A stretch of 64,000 nt of DNA from a virus: the IMG/VR virus record IMGVR_UViG_3300045988_079610; one strand, 5' to 3'. A program made the position numbers and the translations under genes. Position 1 is the stretch's first letter. The number at the start of each line of letters is the position of its first letter. Positions 54,322-62,548 of this stretch are shown piece by piece. Under the pieces are notes generated by a model that worked only from the letters and a program-made list of their open reading frames with translations, ran no database searches and was not told where the DNA came from.

Positions 54322-55794
54322 ATGTATGCGTTAAGAGAAGTACAACGTGGTAATTATGACGATAGAGGTTATTCTAATGAAGAGACTATCGCTCATCTTA
54401 TGCTTAGTAAACCTTCTGAAATTAATTCTACTCTGACCTATACTTTTGGTATGGACGATGATAGATTTCCTCTTAATTTCTTGACTGAGGGTCAAGGTAA
54501 AGAAGGTGTTGTAGATATTGCTAATGTAGATTGGACTTGGAAGACTATGGGTCGTATGAAGTTTAACGATTCTGTTCTTTGGGTTGCTAGTAAAACAAAT
54601 GTTGGTAAAGGTGGTGTAACTTTTGAAATTGAGTTTAAGACCCATTGGTTTATTGAGCAATATGGTTTAGTTGCTCCTGATGGTAAAACTCAAGTTCGTA
54701 TTATGAAAGACCTTGGAGCTGGTTCTCATGGTGGTTATCTTTATCGTCTTCGTCTTACTACTCCAGACCCTAATGCTTTTGTTAATGAGGATAATCTTGA
54801 AACAGGAAAGTATTGGTCTATGACTGCTCCTACTATTCCACAAAGTTATTCTAAGGGTAATAGAACTAATGTTATGGGACCTGGTAAGATGACTAGTCAA
54901 CTTGAGTTCCATAGATTTTCTAAGGAGATTGCTGGTAATCTTGCAAACACTGTAGTTACTTATGAGTTTAAGACTAAAGGTGGTGGTACTACTAATCTTT
55001 GGATTAATGAAGAGATGCGTCAATTCGAGCTTCAGCAACGTGTAGTTAATGAAGAGCGTCTTTGGTTTGCTGAGTATAATAAGAATGTGAATGGCGAGAT
55101 TACTCTTGTAGATGAAGATAACGGTCAACCTATTCCTCATACTGCTGGTATGCAACAGATTTGTGATGAATCTAATTATGATACTTATGGTGAGGAACTT
55201 ACTCTGAATAAGATTTCTCGTACTATTGGTGATGTTCTTGATAGAGATACTGATACTGGTAATATGAATGTAGTTCTTCTTTGTGGTAAGGGTTTCTTTG
55301 AGGACTTTGACATAGCCATTAAGAATGATGCTAAGGATAGTGGTTTCCTTACTCCTCTTGGTGATAAGATGATTGGTGAAGAAGGTGGTGATTTGACTTA
55401 TGGTAAGTATTTCCGTAAGTATAAGACTGTAGATGGTCATATTGTTACTCTTAAAAATATGTCATTCCTTACTAAGGGTACTATGGCTGAGAATGATAAG
55501 GCTAATGGTCGTATCCATCCTCGTACAGGTCTTCCTATTAGTTCTCACCAAGCATTTATGATTGACCTTTCTTCTTATGATGGACATCAGAATGTTCGTA
55601 AGGTTCGTATGAAGGGTCAAGAACATATCTCTGGTATTGTTAAAGGACTTTCTCCAATTCCTGCTTCTTGGGGTGCTGTTCCTACAAATAGTTTTGCAAC
55701 TGATGTAGATGTATCTCGTTATGAAGTTAAGGATTCTTATGGTCTTCAAGTAGATAAGGCTACTAAGTTCTTCCATTTGAAGTGTACTCTCTAA
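54322..55794 (+). CDS. major capsid protein
   Basis: 490 aa in the head module, with an expression-type codon shift (AAG, GAG, TTC, ATC, CGT, GGT). The fold cannot be verified by eye. Confidence 0.6.
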   Translation: MYALREVQRGNYDDRGYSNEETIAHLMLSKPSEINSTLTYTFGMDDDRFPLNFLTEGQGKEGVVDIANVDWTWKTMGRMKFNDSVLWVASKTNVGKGGVTFEIEFKTHWFIEQYGLVAPDGKTQVRIMKDLGAGSHGGYLYRLRLTTPDPNAFVNEDNLETGKYWSMTAPTIPQSYSKGNRTNVMGPGKMTSQLEFHRFSKEIAGNLANTVVTYEFKTKGGGTTNLWINEEMRQFELQQRVVNEERLWFAEYNKNVNGEITLVDEDNGQPIPHTAGMQQICDESNYDTYGEELTLNKISRTIGDVLDRDTDTGNMNVVLLCGKGFFEDFDIAIKNDAKDSGFLTPLGDKMIGEEGGDLTYGKYFRKYKTVDGHIVTLKNMSFLTKGTMAENDKANGRIHPRTGLPISSHQAFMIDLSSYDGHQNVRKVRMKGQEHISGIVKGLSPIPASWGAVPTNSFATDVDVSRYEVKDSYGLQVDKATKFFHLKCTL

Positions 55795-55815
55795 TAAACT
55801 TATAAATATACAACT

Positions 55816-56925
55816 ATGACTGATATTAAAGTTAATATACCTACTAATAGTCAACAAAATAGTAAAGAGTCTTCTAATAATGAAGCTCCTAAAACTGACG
55901 TTAAAACAGATGCTAAAACAGATAAAGCTACTGAGCTTGATGAAGAATATACAGAAGTTAAGAAAGTAATAATTGCTTCTATTGCTAGAGTTTCTGCTTA
56001 TCGAGCTATTAATAGTTTAGCTATCGGTAAACCAAAAACTGTAATTGGTAGTTCAATAAATTCTACTCGTAAACTTATTGCTAATAAAGGTGAAGTAGAA
56101 GCTTATTATCCTGAACTTGTTGGTATGTCTGCTAATAATCCTGATTTTATTACTACAGTTAAACGTTATTTGAGTAATATTCAAATTGTAGTAGATGGAC
56201 AAAAAGAACTTGATGCTTCTTTCGTTTATCATCATAAAAAGGATTATTTAGATATTAAGAGTAAGCTTGATGCTGTTGAAGCTAAGTATAATAGTTCAAA
56301 TAAAACTGAAAAAGATGCTTCTCTTCGTAATGATGAAATTAATCGCATTGAATCTACAAAGTATAAATATGGTTATCCAATAAATTATGCTGAGTATATT
56401 GCGTATCGTCATTGCCTTCTTTATAGTGAAGTAGCTAAAGATACTAGCTTTATTGGTGGTAATCCTAATCTACGTTTTTATATTAAAGATGTTGCTAAGG
56501 AGAAAGAACGTCAGAAGAAACTTCTTATTTCTCGTAAGAAAGCTATGACCAACTTTATTGAAGTAAATGCTTCACCTGATAAGATGACTGCAATTTATGT
56601 TGCATATCTTACATACAAACATAGAAATATTGCTATTGGTCTTGCTAATGATGTTTCTGTACGTGAACAAGAACTTATTAACTTTGTAAATGAAGACCCA
56701 AATAAGTTTAATTCTTTTGTTGAAGATAAAAATATTCAAGTTAAGTGTTTTGTAGAACTTTGTATTGCTAGGGGAGAACTTGTTAGGTCAGAACTTAATC
56801 AACAGATTTCTACTCCTGATGGTCAGTTTATTGGTGAGAATATGAACGCTGCTGTAGCTTATTTCAATAATCCAAATAATGCTGCCATTAAAACACAACT
56901 TGAAAACAAGATGAAACTTATTTAA
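55816..56925 (+). CDS. head-module hypothetical protein
   Basis: 369-aa ORF. Confidence 0.7.
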   Translation: MTDIKVNIPTNSQQNSKESSNNEAPKTDVKTDAKTDKATELDEEYTEVKKVIIASIARVSAYRAINSLAIGKPKTVIGSSINSTRKLIANKGEVEAYYPELVGMSANNPDFITTVKRYLSNIQIVVDGQKELDASFVYHHKKDYLDIKSKLDAVEAKYNSSNKTEKDASLRNDEINRIESTKYKYGYPINYAEYIAYRHCLLYSEVAKDTSFIGGNPNLRFYIKDVAKEKERQKKLLISRKKAMTNFIEVNASPDKMTAIYVAYLTYKHRNIAIGLANDVSVREQELINFVNEDPNKFNSFVEDKNIQVKCFVELCIARGELVRSELNQQISTPDGQFIGENMNAAVAYFNNPNNAAIKTQLENKMKLI

Positions 56926-56937
56926 ATAATATAAGTT

Positions 56938-57783
56938 ATGGATATACAAGAAATGCACGTGATGTTCAGACAGTATGCTCAACAAATGGGTATGCAGAAC
57001 GTCCGTGCAATTCTCCCTGAACAAATTGATTTGTTAATCAATAATAGTATTAATGATACTATTAATCAGATTGTAACTCAAAATATTGGTATTACTAATG
57101 ATAGAGTTATAACTGATAATTCCAAGCTTAATCAAGTCAATGCTCTTAAATCTCTTTATAAAGTATGGAATGGTACTGTTACTTTTGGTGATTCTAAAAC
57201 TTCTTATGTTATAAGTTATGAATTACCTTTATTAGGATTTAAAAGTACTGGAACTTATTTAAACGATAATGTTAAAGAAACTGCTATTCAATATATTTAT
57301 ATTGTAGATTTAAGTCTTGATTATATTGATACTAGAAATCAATTTACTACTAATATTTTTCCAATTCGTATAATTGATGATATGTATTTGGCAGATGTAG
57401 TAAATGATTTTATACTTCATCCTACACTTAGAAGTCCTGTAGCTACAATACATGATAATAATATTGAACTTTATATAGATAAAGCAGATGTTGGAGGAAG
57501 TAAATCTAATCACACTTTTAAAGGTTTAAAGCCTAATAAACTAAGATTATCTTATATAGCTAAACCTGCTGTAGTTAAATTCTTAGATGATGTTGGTGGA
57601 ACAAGTGTTGATTGTGACCTTCCTGAATATCTTCATGTTGATATTGTTAAACACGCTGTAGAACTTTATAGAACTGCTGTAACTGGAAGTATAGCTGTTA
57701 CTCAACAAGCTCAAGAAGCTCAACAAAGGGAGAATTTAAGAAATAATTATCGTCAAGGCGATAATGATAATAGTAATCGTTAA
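56938..57783 (+). CDS. head/neck-module hypothetical protein
   Basis: 281-aa ORF. Confidence 0.7.
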   Translation: MDIQEMHVMFRQYAQQMGMQNVRAILPEQIDLLINNSINDTINQIVTQNIGITNDRVITDNSKLNQVNALKSLYKVWNGTVTFGDSKTSYVISYELPLLGFKSTGTYLNDNVKETAIQYIYIVDLSLDYIDTRNQFTTNIFPIRIIDDMYLADVVNDFILHPTLRSPVATIHDNNIELYIDKADVGGSKSNHTFKGLKPNKLRLSYIAKPAVVKFLDDVGGTSVDCDLPEYLHVDIVKHAVELYRTAVTGSIAVTQQAQEAQQRENLRNNYRQGDNDNSNR

Positions 57784-57796
57784 AATTTAAATAATT

Positions 57797-58684
57797 ATGA
57801 AACAACTTTTTATTATACCTACAGCAAATGGTGCTTATCCTACAAGTACTACTTTACTTAAAGGTCAACTTATGTTTTATAAAAGTAATGCTCCAACTAC
57901 TGTAGTATCTACAGCTCCTGCTGCTACAGATAAGGAGATTTGTTTTGCTTATAGTCGTGGTGAAAATTCATCTCTAATTACAGGTGTTATTGATTTGAAT
58001 AGTCTTACTGTAGTTAAGATGAGTAAAGATGGTAAAGCTACAACTCCTGCTTATGGTAAGGGTAAATGGGTAATTGTTTGCCCTACTCCTGAAAAGGGTC
58101 TTAATTATACAATTACTCTTGCTAAGAAAGGTGTTGTATTTAATGAACGTAATCTATTTAGTGTTACAGATACTTATCGTGCTAAAGTTAAGACGGCTGC
58201 TGATTTGGCAAAAAGTCTTGCAGACCAACTTAATAAATTAGCTCCAGGTCTTATTAATATTAAAGCTACTGTTACAGATACAAACAACGTTACTATTCAA
58301 GGTCAAGATTATCAAGACTATGAAGTAGTGGCTAGTGATGATTTGTATGGTACTACTGTAACTTCAACTCCTGCTGTAGCTCCAATGTGTGATAAAGATT
58401 ATGTTAAAAATCTTGCTTCTGTTTGTGCTCAGAATAGAGGATTTAATAATGTTTATGCTGATGGTGCTACTATTTATCCTGGTTATCCAATGGAAGTAGA
58501 TGCAGATGATTATCTGATTTATAATTTCCATTTTGCTAATCCTCGTCGTGCATCTCGTACTCGTGATGAAGCTATATGGCAAGATATTTATGTAGCTGTT
58601 CCTAATGCAGCACCTGCAAATACAGCTAGTACTGGAACTAGTGCTAAAATTGAAACTATATTTGCTAGTAAGTTGATTAAGTAA
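57797..58684 (+). CDS. structural-module hypothetical protein
   Basis: 295-aa ORF followed by the hairpin carrying GC-motif copy 16. Confidence 0.7.
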   Translation: MKQLFIIPTANGAYPTSTTLLKGQLMFYKSNAPTTVVSTAPAATDKEICFAYSRGENSSLITGVIDLNSLTVVKMSKDGKATTPAYGKGKWVIVCPTPEKGLNYTITLAKKGVVFNERNLFSVTDTYRAKVKTAADLAKSLADQLNKLAPGLINIKATVTDTNNVTIQGQDYQDYEVVASDDLYGTTVTSTPAVAPMCDKDYVKNLASVCAQNRGFNNVYADGATIYPGYPMEVDADDYLIYNFHFANPRRASRTRDEAIWQDIYVAVPNAAPANTASTGTSAKIETIFASKLIK

Positions 58685-58699
58685 TAACTACAAACTAAT

Positions 58700-58733
58700 G
58701 ATGATTAGTCTTCCTACGGGCGGGCTAATCATC
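58700..58733 (+). repeat. GC-motif copy 16 presented in the loop of an 11-bp hairpin
   Basis: GATGATTAGTC-TTCCTACGGGC-GGGCTAATCATC. Motif core is 58708-58730. Confidence 0.85.
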
Positions 58734-58750
58734 TTACTTATATAAATACT

Positions 58751-59374
58751 ATGGATGACTTTAATCAAGTTAATCAAGTAGTTAATGATGCTATTAAAGA
58801 TTCATCTTATATTACTGTTCTGATAAGTAGTGGAATTTATATAGCTTATACTCTTATAGTTAAAATAGTTGATTTGTTTAAAGCTAAAGATAGAAATAAG
58901 CCTCTTATTGAAATGGCTTCTGCTATTAAACAAGTTAGTGAAAACGTAGTTAAACTTAATGGAGTTTTAGATAAAGCTTTCCAAGATGCTGAAAGTAAAG
59001 AACAAGATAAAATAAAAAATGTTATTGTATTAGGTTTTGATAGTTTTAAAGTTAATATTAGTAATGTTTGTAATAATATTATAATTCACAATAATATTGA
59101 TACTAATAAAGACCTAATAAAACAAAATGTTTTTAGATTAGTAAGTACTGAATATTATAAACTATATAATGTTTTTTCAGCTTATGAAATAAATGGAGTT
59201 AATATTTCTACCAAACTTAAAGATGAATGGATAGATAATATAACTAAAGAATGTTTAGACATAATTTATAATGGTCAAGATGCTTTGATTAGAATTAGTC
59301 AACTTACTAATCGTCTTGATATTATTGCAGATGAACATTCTGTTTTCGTAAATAATAGAGTTTTTAATCATTAA
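58751..59374 (+). CDS. hypothetical protein with N-terminal TM segment
   Basis: 207-aa ORF with YITVLISSGIYIAYTLIV. Confidence 0.65.
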   Translation: MDDFNQVNQVVNDAIKDSSYITVLISSGIYIAYTLIVKIVDLFKAKDRNKPLIEMASAIKQVSENVVKLNGVLDKAFQDAESKEQDKIKNVIVLGFDSFKVNISNVCNNIIIHNNIDTNKDLIKQNVFRLVSTEYYKLYNVFSAYEINGVNISTKLKDEWIDNITKECLDIIYNGQDALIRISQLTNRLDIIADEHSVFVNNRVFNH

Positions 59375-59386
59375 TAAGATGTTCTT

Positions 59387-59611
59387 ATGAATAATGATTT
59401 GGCTATAAAGAAATCTCAAAGTAACCTTGAGAAGATTGAAGTTAATATAGTTAAAACTATAGATGCTTTATCTTCTCAAGGTTATTTAGTTAATACAAGT
59501 AAAGTTCTTAAACTTAGTGTAATTCAAATTGTTAAACATTGCTATGAAAATATTACACTTCTTACAGATAAAGAAGCTAATAATTTAAGTGATGTAGTGA
59601 TTAATATTTAA
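59387..59611 (+). CDS. hypothetical protein
   Basis: 74-aa ORF. Confidence 0.55.
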   Translation: MNNDLAIKKSQSNLEKIEVNIVKTIDALSSQGYLVNTSKVLKLSVIQIVKHCYENITLLTDKEANNLSDVVINI

Positions 59612-59620
59612 TGTAATGAT

Positions 59621-60187
59621 ATGAATGATAATATAAATAACCCCCCCGTAGAAGGTATAGATGCTTCTACACTTAATGCTGTTAATTCTCCATATAATGA
59701 AGTTTATGTTGAGAATGATGAATATGATGCAGGTACTAATATAGATGTTGAAGTTGTATATCTTACTATTCCTACTAAATGGATTCCTGTTTATCGTAAA
59801 TTACTTAGTCTTGTAGCTAATGGAGGTAAAGCTATTCTTGATGATTGTAATTATGGTTGTAAAGGTAATGGTAGTATTGTATTTAATTGTTGGAATATAT
59901 TTCAATCTGCTTGTGCTGCCCATACTGAAGGAAAAGAAGATGAAGCAGAATTGTTTATAAATTATGTTTCTAAACAAATAGATGCTTATAATAAAGCAAA
60001 TAGTATTAATATAAACGATAGTAGTTTTAAATATACTATTACTCCTGATGGTAAAGTTAAAGCTGATGGTGTTATTGAAGATAATACTGTAAGTTTAAGT
60101 CTTGATAAAGAAAATAAGGAAGCTTATGACAATTATCAAGCAAATAAAGATAATGGTAAAATTTATGTTGAACAAGATAACAATTAA
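59621..60187 (+). CDS. hypothetical protein
   Basis: 188-aa ORF. GC-motif copy 17 encodes residues 6-12. Confidence 0.65.
   Translation: MNDNINNPPVEGIDASTLNAVNSPYNEVYVENDEYDAGTNIDVEVVYLTIPTKWIPVYRKLLSLVANGGKAILDDCNYGCKGNGSIVFNCWNIFQSACAAHTEGKEDEAELFINYVSKQIDAYNKANSININDSSFKYTITPDGKVKADGVIEDNTVSLSLDKENKEAYDNYQANKDNGKIYVEQDNN
59636..59658 (-). repeat. GC-motif copy 17 (coding)
   Basis: + strand AATAACCCCCCCGTAGAAGGTAT, read as N-N-P-P-V-E-G-I. Confidence 0.8.
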
Positions 60188-60191
60188 GGAT

Positions 60192-60479
60192 ATGTTTAAA
60201 ATTAATGATTTAGTAAATAAAGTTGGTGCTGATAAATTTATTCATTTATTGGTTTGTATAATTATTGCAGAGAATGTTGCAACTTATGATGCACAAGTAT
60301 TTAATCGTAGTGCTATAATTGCTGCTATTGTTGGTATTGTTACTGCTATTGTTATAGGTATTGGTAAAGAAGTTATTGATTTCTTTAGGAATGGTTTGTT
60401 TGATGTCAATGATTTAAAATTTGATACCTATGGTGCATTCATTGGTGGTCTGTTAGCATTAATTTTATTAGCGATATAA
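60192..60479 (+). CDS. multi-pass small membrane protein
   Basis: ATG 60192 after TAAGGA. Three hydrophobic segments. The track start 60102 overlaps the upstream gene by 86 nt. Confidence 0.6.
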   Translation: MFKINDLVNKVGADKFIHLLVCIIIAENVATYDAQVFNRSAIIAAIVGIVTAIVIGIGKEVIDFFRNGLFDVNDLKFDTYGAFIGGLLALILLAI

Positions 60480-60534
60480 AATATCAACCGAATAATTTTA
60501 ATCGTTTGTAGAACAATTTAAAATATTAGATAAC

Positions 60535-61476
60535 ATGAAAATAAAACAACTGAAAGAAAAGACTATTAAAGGATTTATAGATTTTCTACCTAAACTAAGT
60601 ATTGAAGCTATACCTGGTCTTCAAGATATAATTAATAATATTAAAAATGAAACTATTAAAGATATAGAAATTACTCAAGCTGGAGGACAAGAAGATGAAA
60701 CTTTAGAAGGTATTGATATATATTTAATATATGCTGGTAGTAGATCTGGTAAGCTAATAGGTATTAGTAATGCTACTACTACTGTAGATGGTTGTATGTC
60801 TCATGAAGATAAAAAAACTCTTGATGCAGTCAAAACTACTTACCTTCCTCTTAGTGGTGGTAAAATGACTGGTACTCTTGATATAGATTTTACAAAAGGC
60901 ATACGAATTATTGAACATGATTTAAGTCCTAGAAATACATACATCGATAATGGACGTATAAGAATTGAATCGCTAGATGGTGATACTAGTCGTGTTAATT
61001 CTAAAACGGAAATTGATAGTAATAGTGTTACTACTACTAATGCTACAGTTGCTAATAAAGTTAAAGCTAATGGTTTTTTGGCAAATAATAATGGAAATGG
61101 TAATACGGCTTGGACTACTAATGGAGGAAGTATTAACTTAATAAATCTTCTTAAAAATGCTGCTATATATGTTGTTGGAGGAATTGGAATGACATCAATT
61201 CCAGTAGATAATACTACAGTAATAGATAATCCCGATATTATATTATTTGAGACAAGTAGAAATTTTTTTATAGTAAAAAAAGATTCTATGTGTTATCTTC
61301 ATTGGACGGCTAACATTTCTAAAAATATAGCTTCTCCTAGTAGATATGGTATAGAAACTGATAATGGGGTTTTTCCTTTTAATAAGCAAATGTATAAATT
61401 TAGTACGTATAACGATATTTTTATTGCTACTTGTTCTAATGGTACTTGTAGTATGAAAAAATTAACTTTAGAATAA
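60535..61476 (+). CDS. tail-fibre-like protein
   Basis: YLPLSGGKMTGTLDI, a signature common in phage tail-fibre proteins. Confidence 0.6.
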   Translation: MKIKQLKEKTIKGFIDFLPKLSIEAIPGLQDIINNIKNETIKDIEITQAGGQEDETLEGIDIYLIYAGSRSGKLIGISNATTTVDGCMSHEDKKTLDAVKTTYLPLSGGKMTGTLDIDFTKGIRIIEHDLSPRNTYIDNGRIRIESLDGDTSRVNSKTEIDSNSVTTTNATVANKVKANGFLANNNGNGNTAWTTNGGSINLINLLKNAAIYVVGGIGMTSIPVDNTTVIDNPDIILFETSRNFFIVKKDSMCYLHWTANISKNIASPSRYGIETDNGVFPFNKQMYKFSTYNDIFIATCSNGTCSMKKLTLE

Positions 61477-61486
61477 TAAACAATGA

Positions 61487-61603
61487 ATGATAAAGAAAAA
61501 GAATTATGATTACGATGATGATTATGATTCTCGTAGGAGAAATCGCCGTGATGATGACGATAGAGAACGAGAAAGAACTCGTCGTAGTAGATATGATTAT
61601 TAA
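61487..61603 (+). CDS. mini-ORF encoding an Arg/Asp-rich 38-aa peptide
   Basis: MIKKKNYDYDDDYDSRRRNRRDDDDRERERTRRSRYDY. Below the track cutoff and uncertain. Confidence 0.3.
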   Translation: MIKKKNYDYDDDYDSRRRNRRDDDDRERERTRRSRYDY

Positions 61604-61613
61604 CTAACTGAAG

Positions 61614-61657
61614 CGTAGAAGAGTAATACTAACACTCTTCTACGTGGGGGTTGTAAT
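61614..61657 (+). repeat. GC-motif copy 18 with an upstream inverted half-copy (11-bp hairpin)
   Basis: CGTAGAAGAGT-AATACTAAC-ACTCTTCTACG then TGGGGGTTGTAAT. The core has CGTGGGGG instead of CGGGGGGG. Confidence 0.8.
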
Positions 61658-61666
61658 ACTAATAGT

Positions 61667-62086
61667 ATGACTAGAGACTCTTTTGACCAATATGATAAAC
61701 TTCCTGAAGATATGATTATATATCTTAAATATAATGGAAGACATTTTAATAGACGACTTGCAGAATTTGCTATTAGTAAAATGACAACTAGAGATTCTAA
61801 TAATAATGAAGTTCCTTTAGCTGTTATTACTAAAGAACGTCTTAAAGAATTGCTTAATAACAACAATGTTCATATCGACAATGATTATATTTATGATGCT
61901 TTATTTGTAATCAACATGGGTAAAGCTGATTATTTAGGAAGTAGCATACCTGATGAAAATCATTTAGCTAAATATGTTAATGATGTAATTAACGATATTG
62001 ATGGTTATGATGGACTTCCTTTTAATAGATGGTATGCAGATATGGTTCATAAAGGTATTCCTATAGATTGGTATGAATGTAGATAA
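61667..62086 (+). CDS. hypothetical protein
   Basis: 139-aa ORF followed by a strong terminator. Confidence 0.7.
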   Translation: MTRDSFDQYDKLPEDMIIYLKYNGRHFNRRLAEFAISKMTTRDSNNNEVPLAVITKERLKELLNNNNVHIDNDYIYDALFVINMGKADYLGSSIPDENHLAKYVNDVINDIDGYDGLPFNRWYADMVHKGIPIDWYECR

Positions 62087-62091
62087 TAATT

Positions 62092-62130
62092 AAGTGCTTA
62101 TTACAAATCAGTAATAAGCACTTTTTATTT
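62092..62130 (+). terminator. intrinsic terminator
   Basis: AAGTGCTTATTAC-AAATCA-GTAATAAGCACTT (13 bp perfect) followed by TTTATTT. Confidence 0.85.
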
Positions 62131-62184
62131 GCTTAAAAATAAAGTTAAAACTGATGATATAACTCATGCTTATAATGAAGGAGT

Positions 62185-62192
62185 TATCTTTG
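62185..62192 (+). promoter_or_regulatory. possible Bacteroidota -7 box (TATCTTTG)
   Basis: Perfect TAnnTTTG 22 nt upstream of ATG 62215 and just after a terminator. Confidence 0.4.
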
Positions 62193-62214
62193 TAATAATA
62201 AATATAATAATGTT

Positions 62215-62535
62215 ATGGATATAATTAATGACACTATTCAAAATTTAACTACTAGTTTTGATTTTAGTTATTGTATAGTAGTAAATGTTCTAGCTTATAT
62301 TCTTATTGGTTGTTTTATAAATATTGCTAGAGGAAATATAACTAGATTTATGAAAAGATTTCTTCTAGTTATTAGTGTGATTGCTGTTGGTATAGTTTAT
62401 TATCTTATTGGAGTAGATGTTAAACTTATAGTTAATTCTGCTATTATAACTCCTGTTAGTTGGAGTTGGATAATTAAACCTATACTTGCTAAATTTGGAT
62501 ATGATTATAAAGATATAGATAAACGTTTAAATTAA
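62215..62535 (+). CDS. multi-pass membrane protein
   Basis: Three hydrophobic segments, 106 aa. Confidence 0.65.
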   Translation: MDIINDTIQNLTTSFDFSYCIVVNVLAYILIGCFINIARGNITRFMKRFLLVISVIAVGIVYYLIGVDVKLIVNSAIITPVSWSWIIKPILAKFGYDYKDIDKRLN

Positions 62536-62548
62536 TTCTTAACTAGTT

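Noticed and set aside
8955-58730. Motif variants (CCTACGGGCGGGC, CTACGGGCAGGC, AAACTCTTCTACGGG) resemble the conserved 16S rRNA segment AAACTCCTACGGGAGGCAGCAG (the 341F primer site).
   Set aside because: Every copy differs by insertions or mismatches within the core, and no extended rRNA similarity is present. I treat it as coincidence. It may still matter as a source of off-target priming.
61600-61866. 88-aa minus-strand ORF.
   Set aside because: It is antisense to 61667..62086 and to motif copy 18. Its L/S/R-rich product is typical of an antisense frame.
12095-62192. TAnnTTTG boxes as firm promoter calls.
   Set aside because: By base composition this octamer should occur on the order of a hundred times in the window by chance. 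I kept only well-placed intergenic ones, at low confidence. Some that I noticed (12095-12102, 34556-34563, 37870-37877) are too far from a start codon or unsupported.
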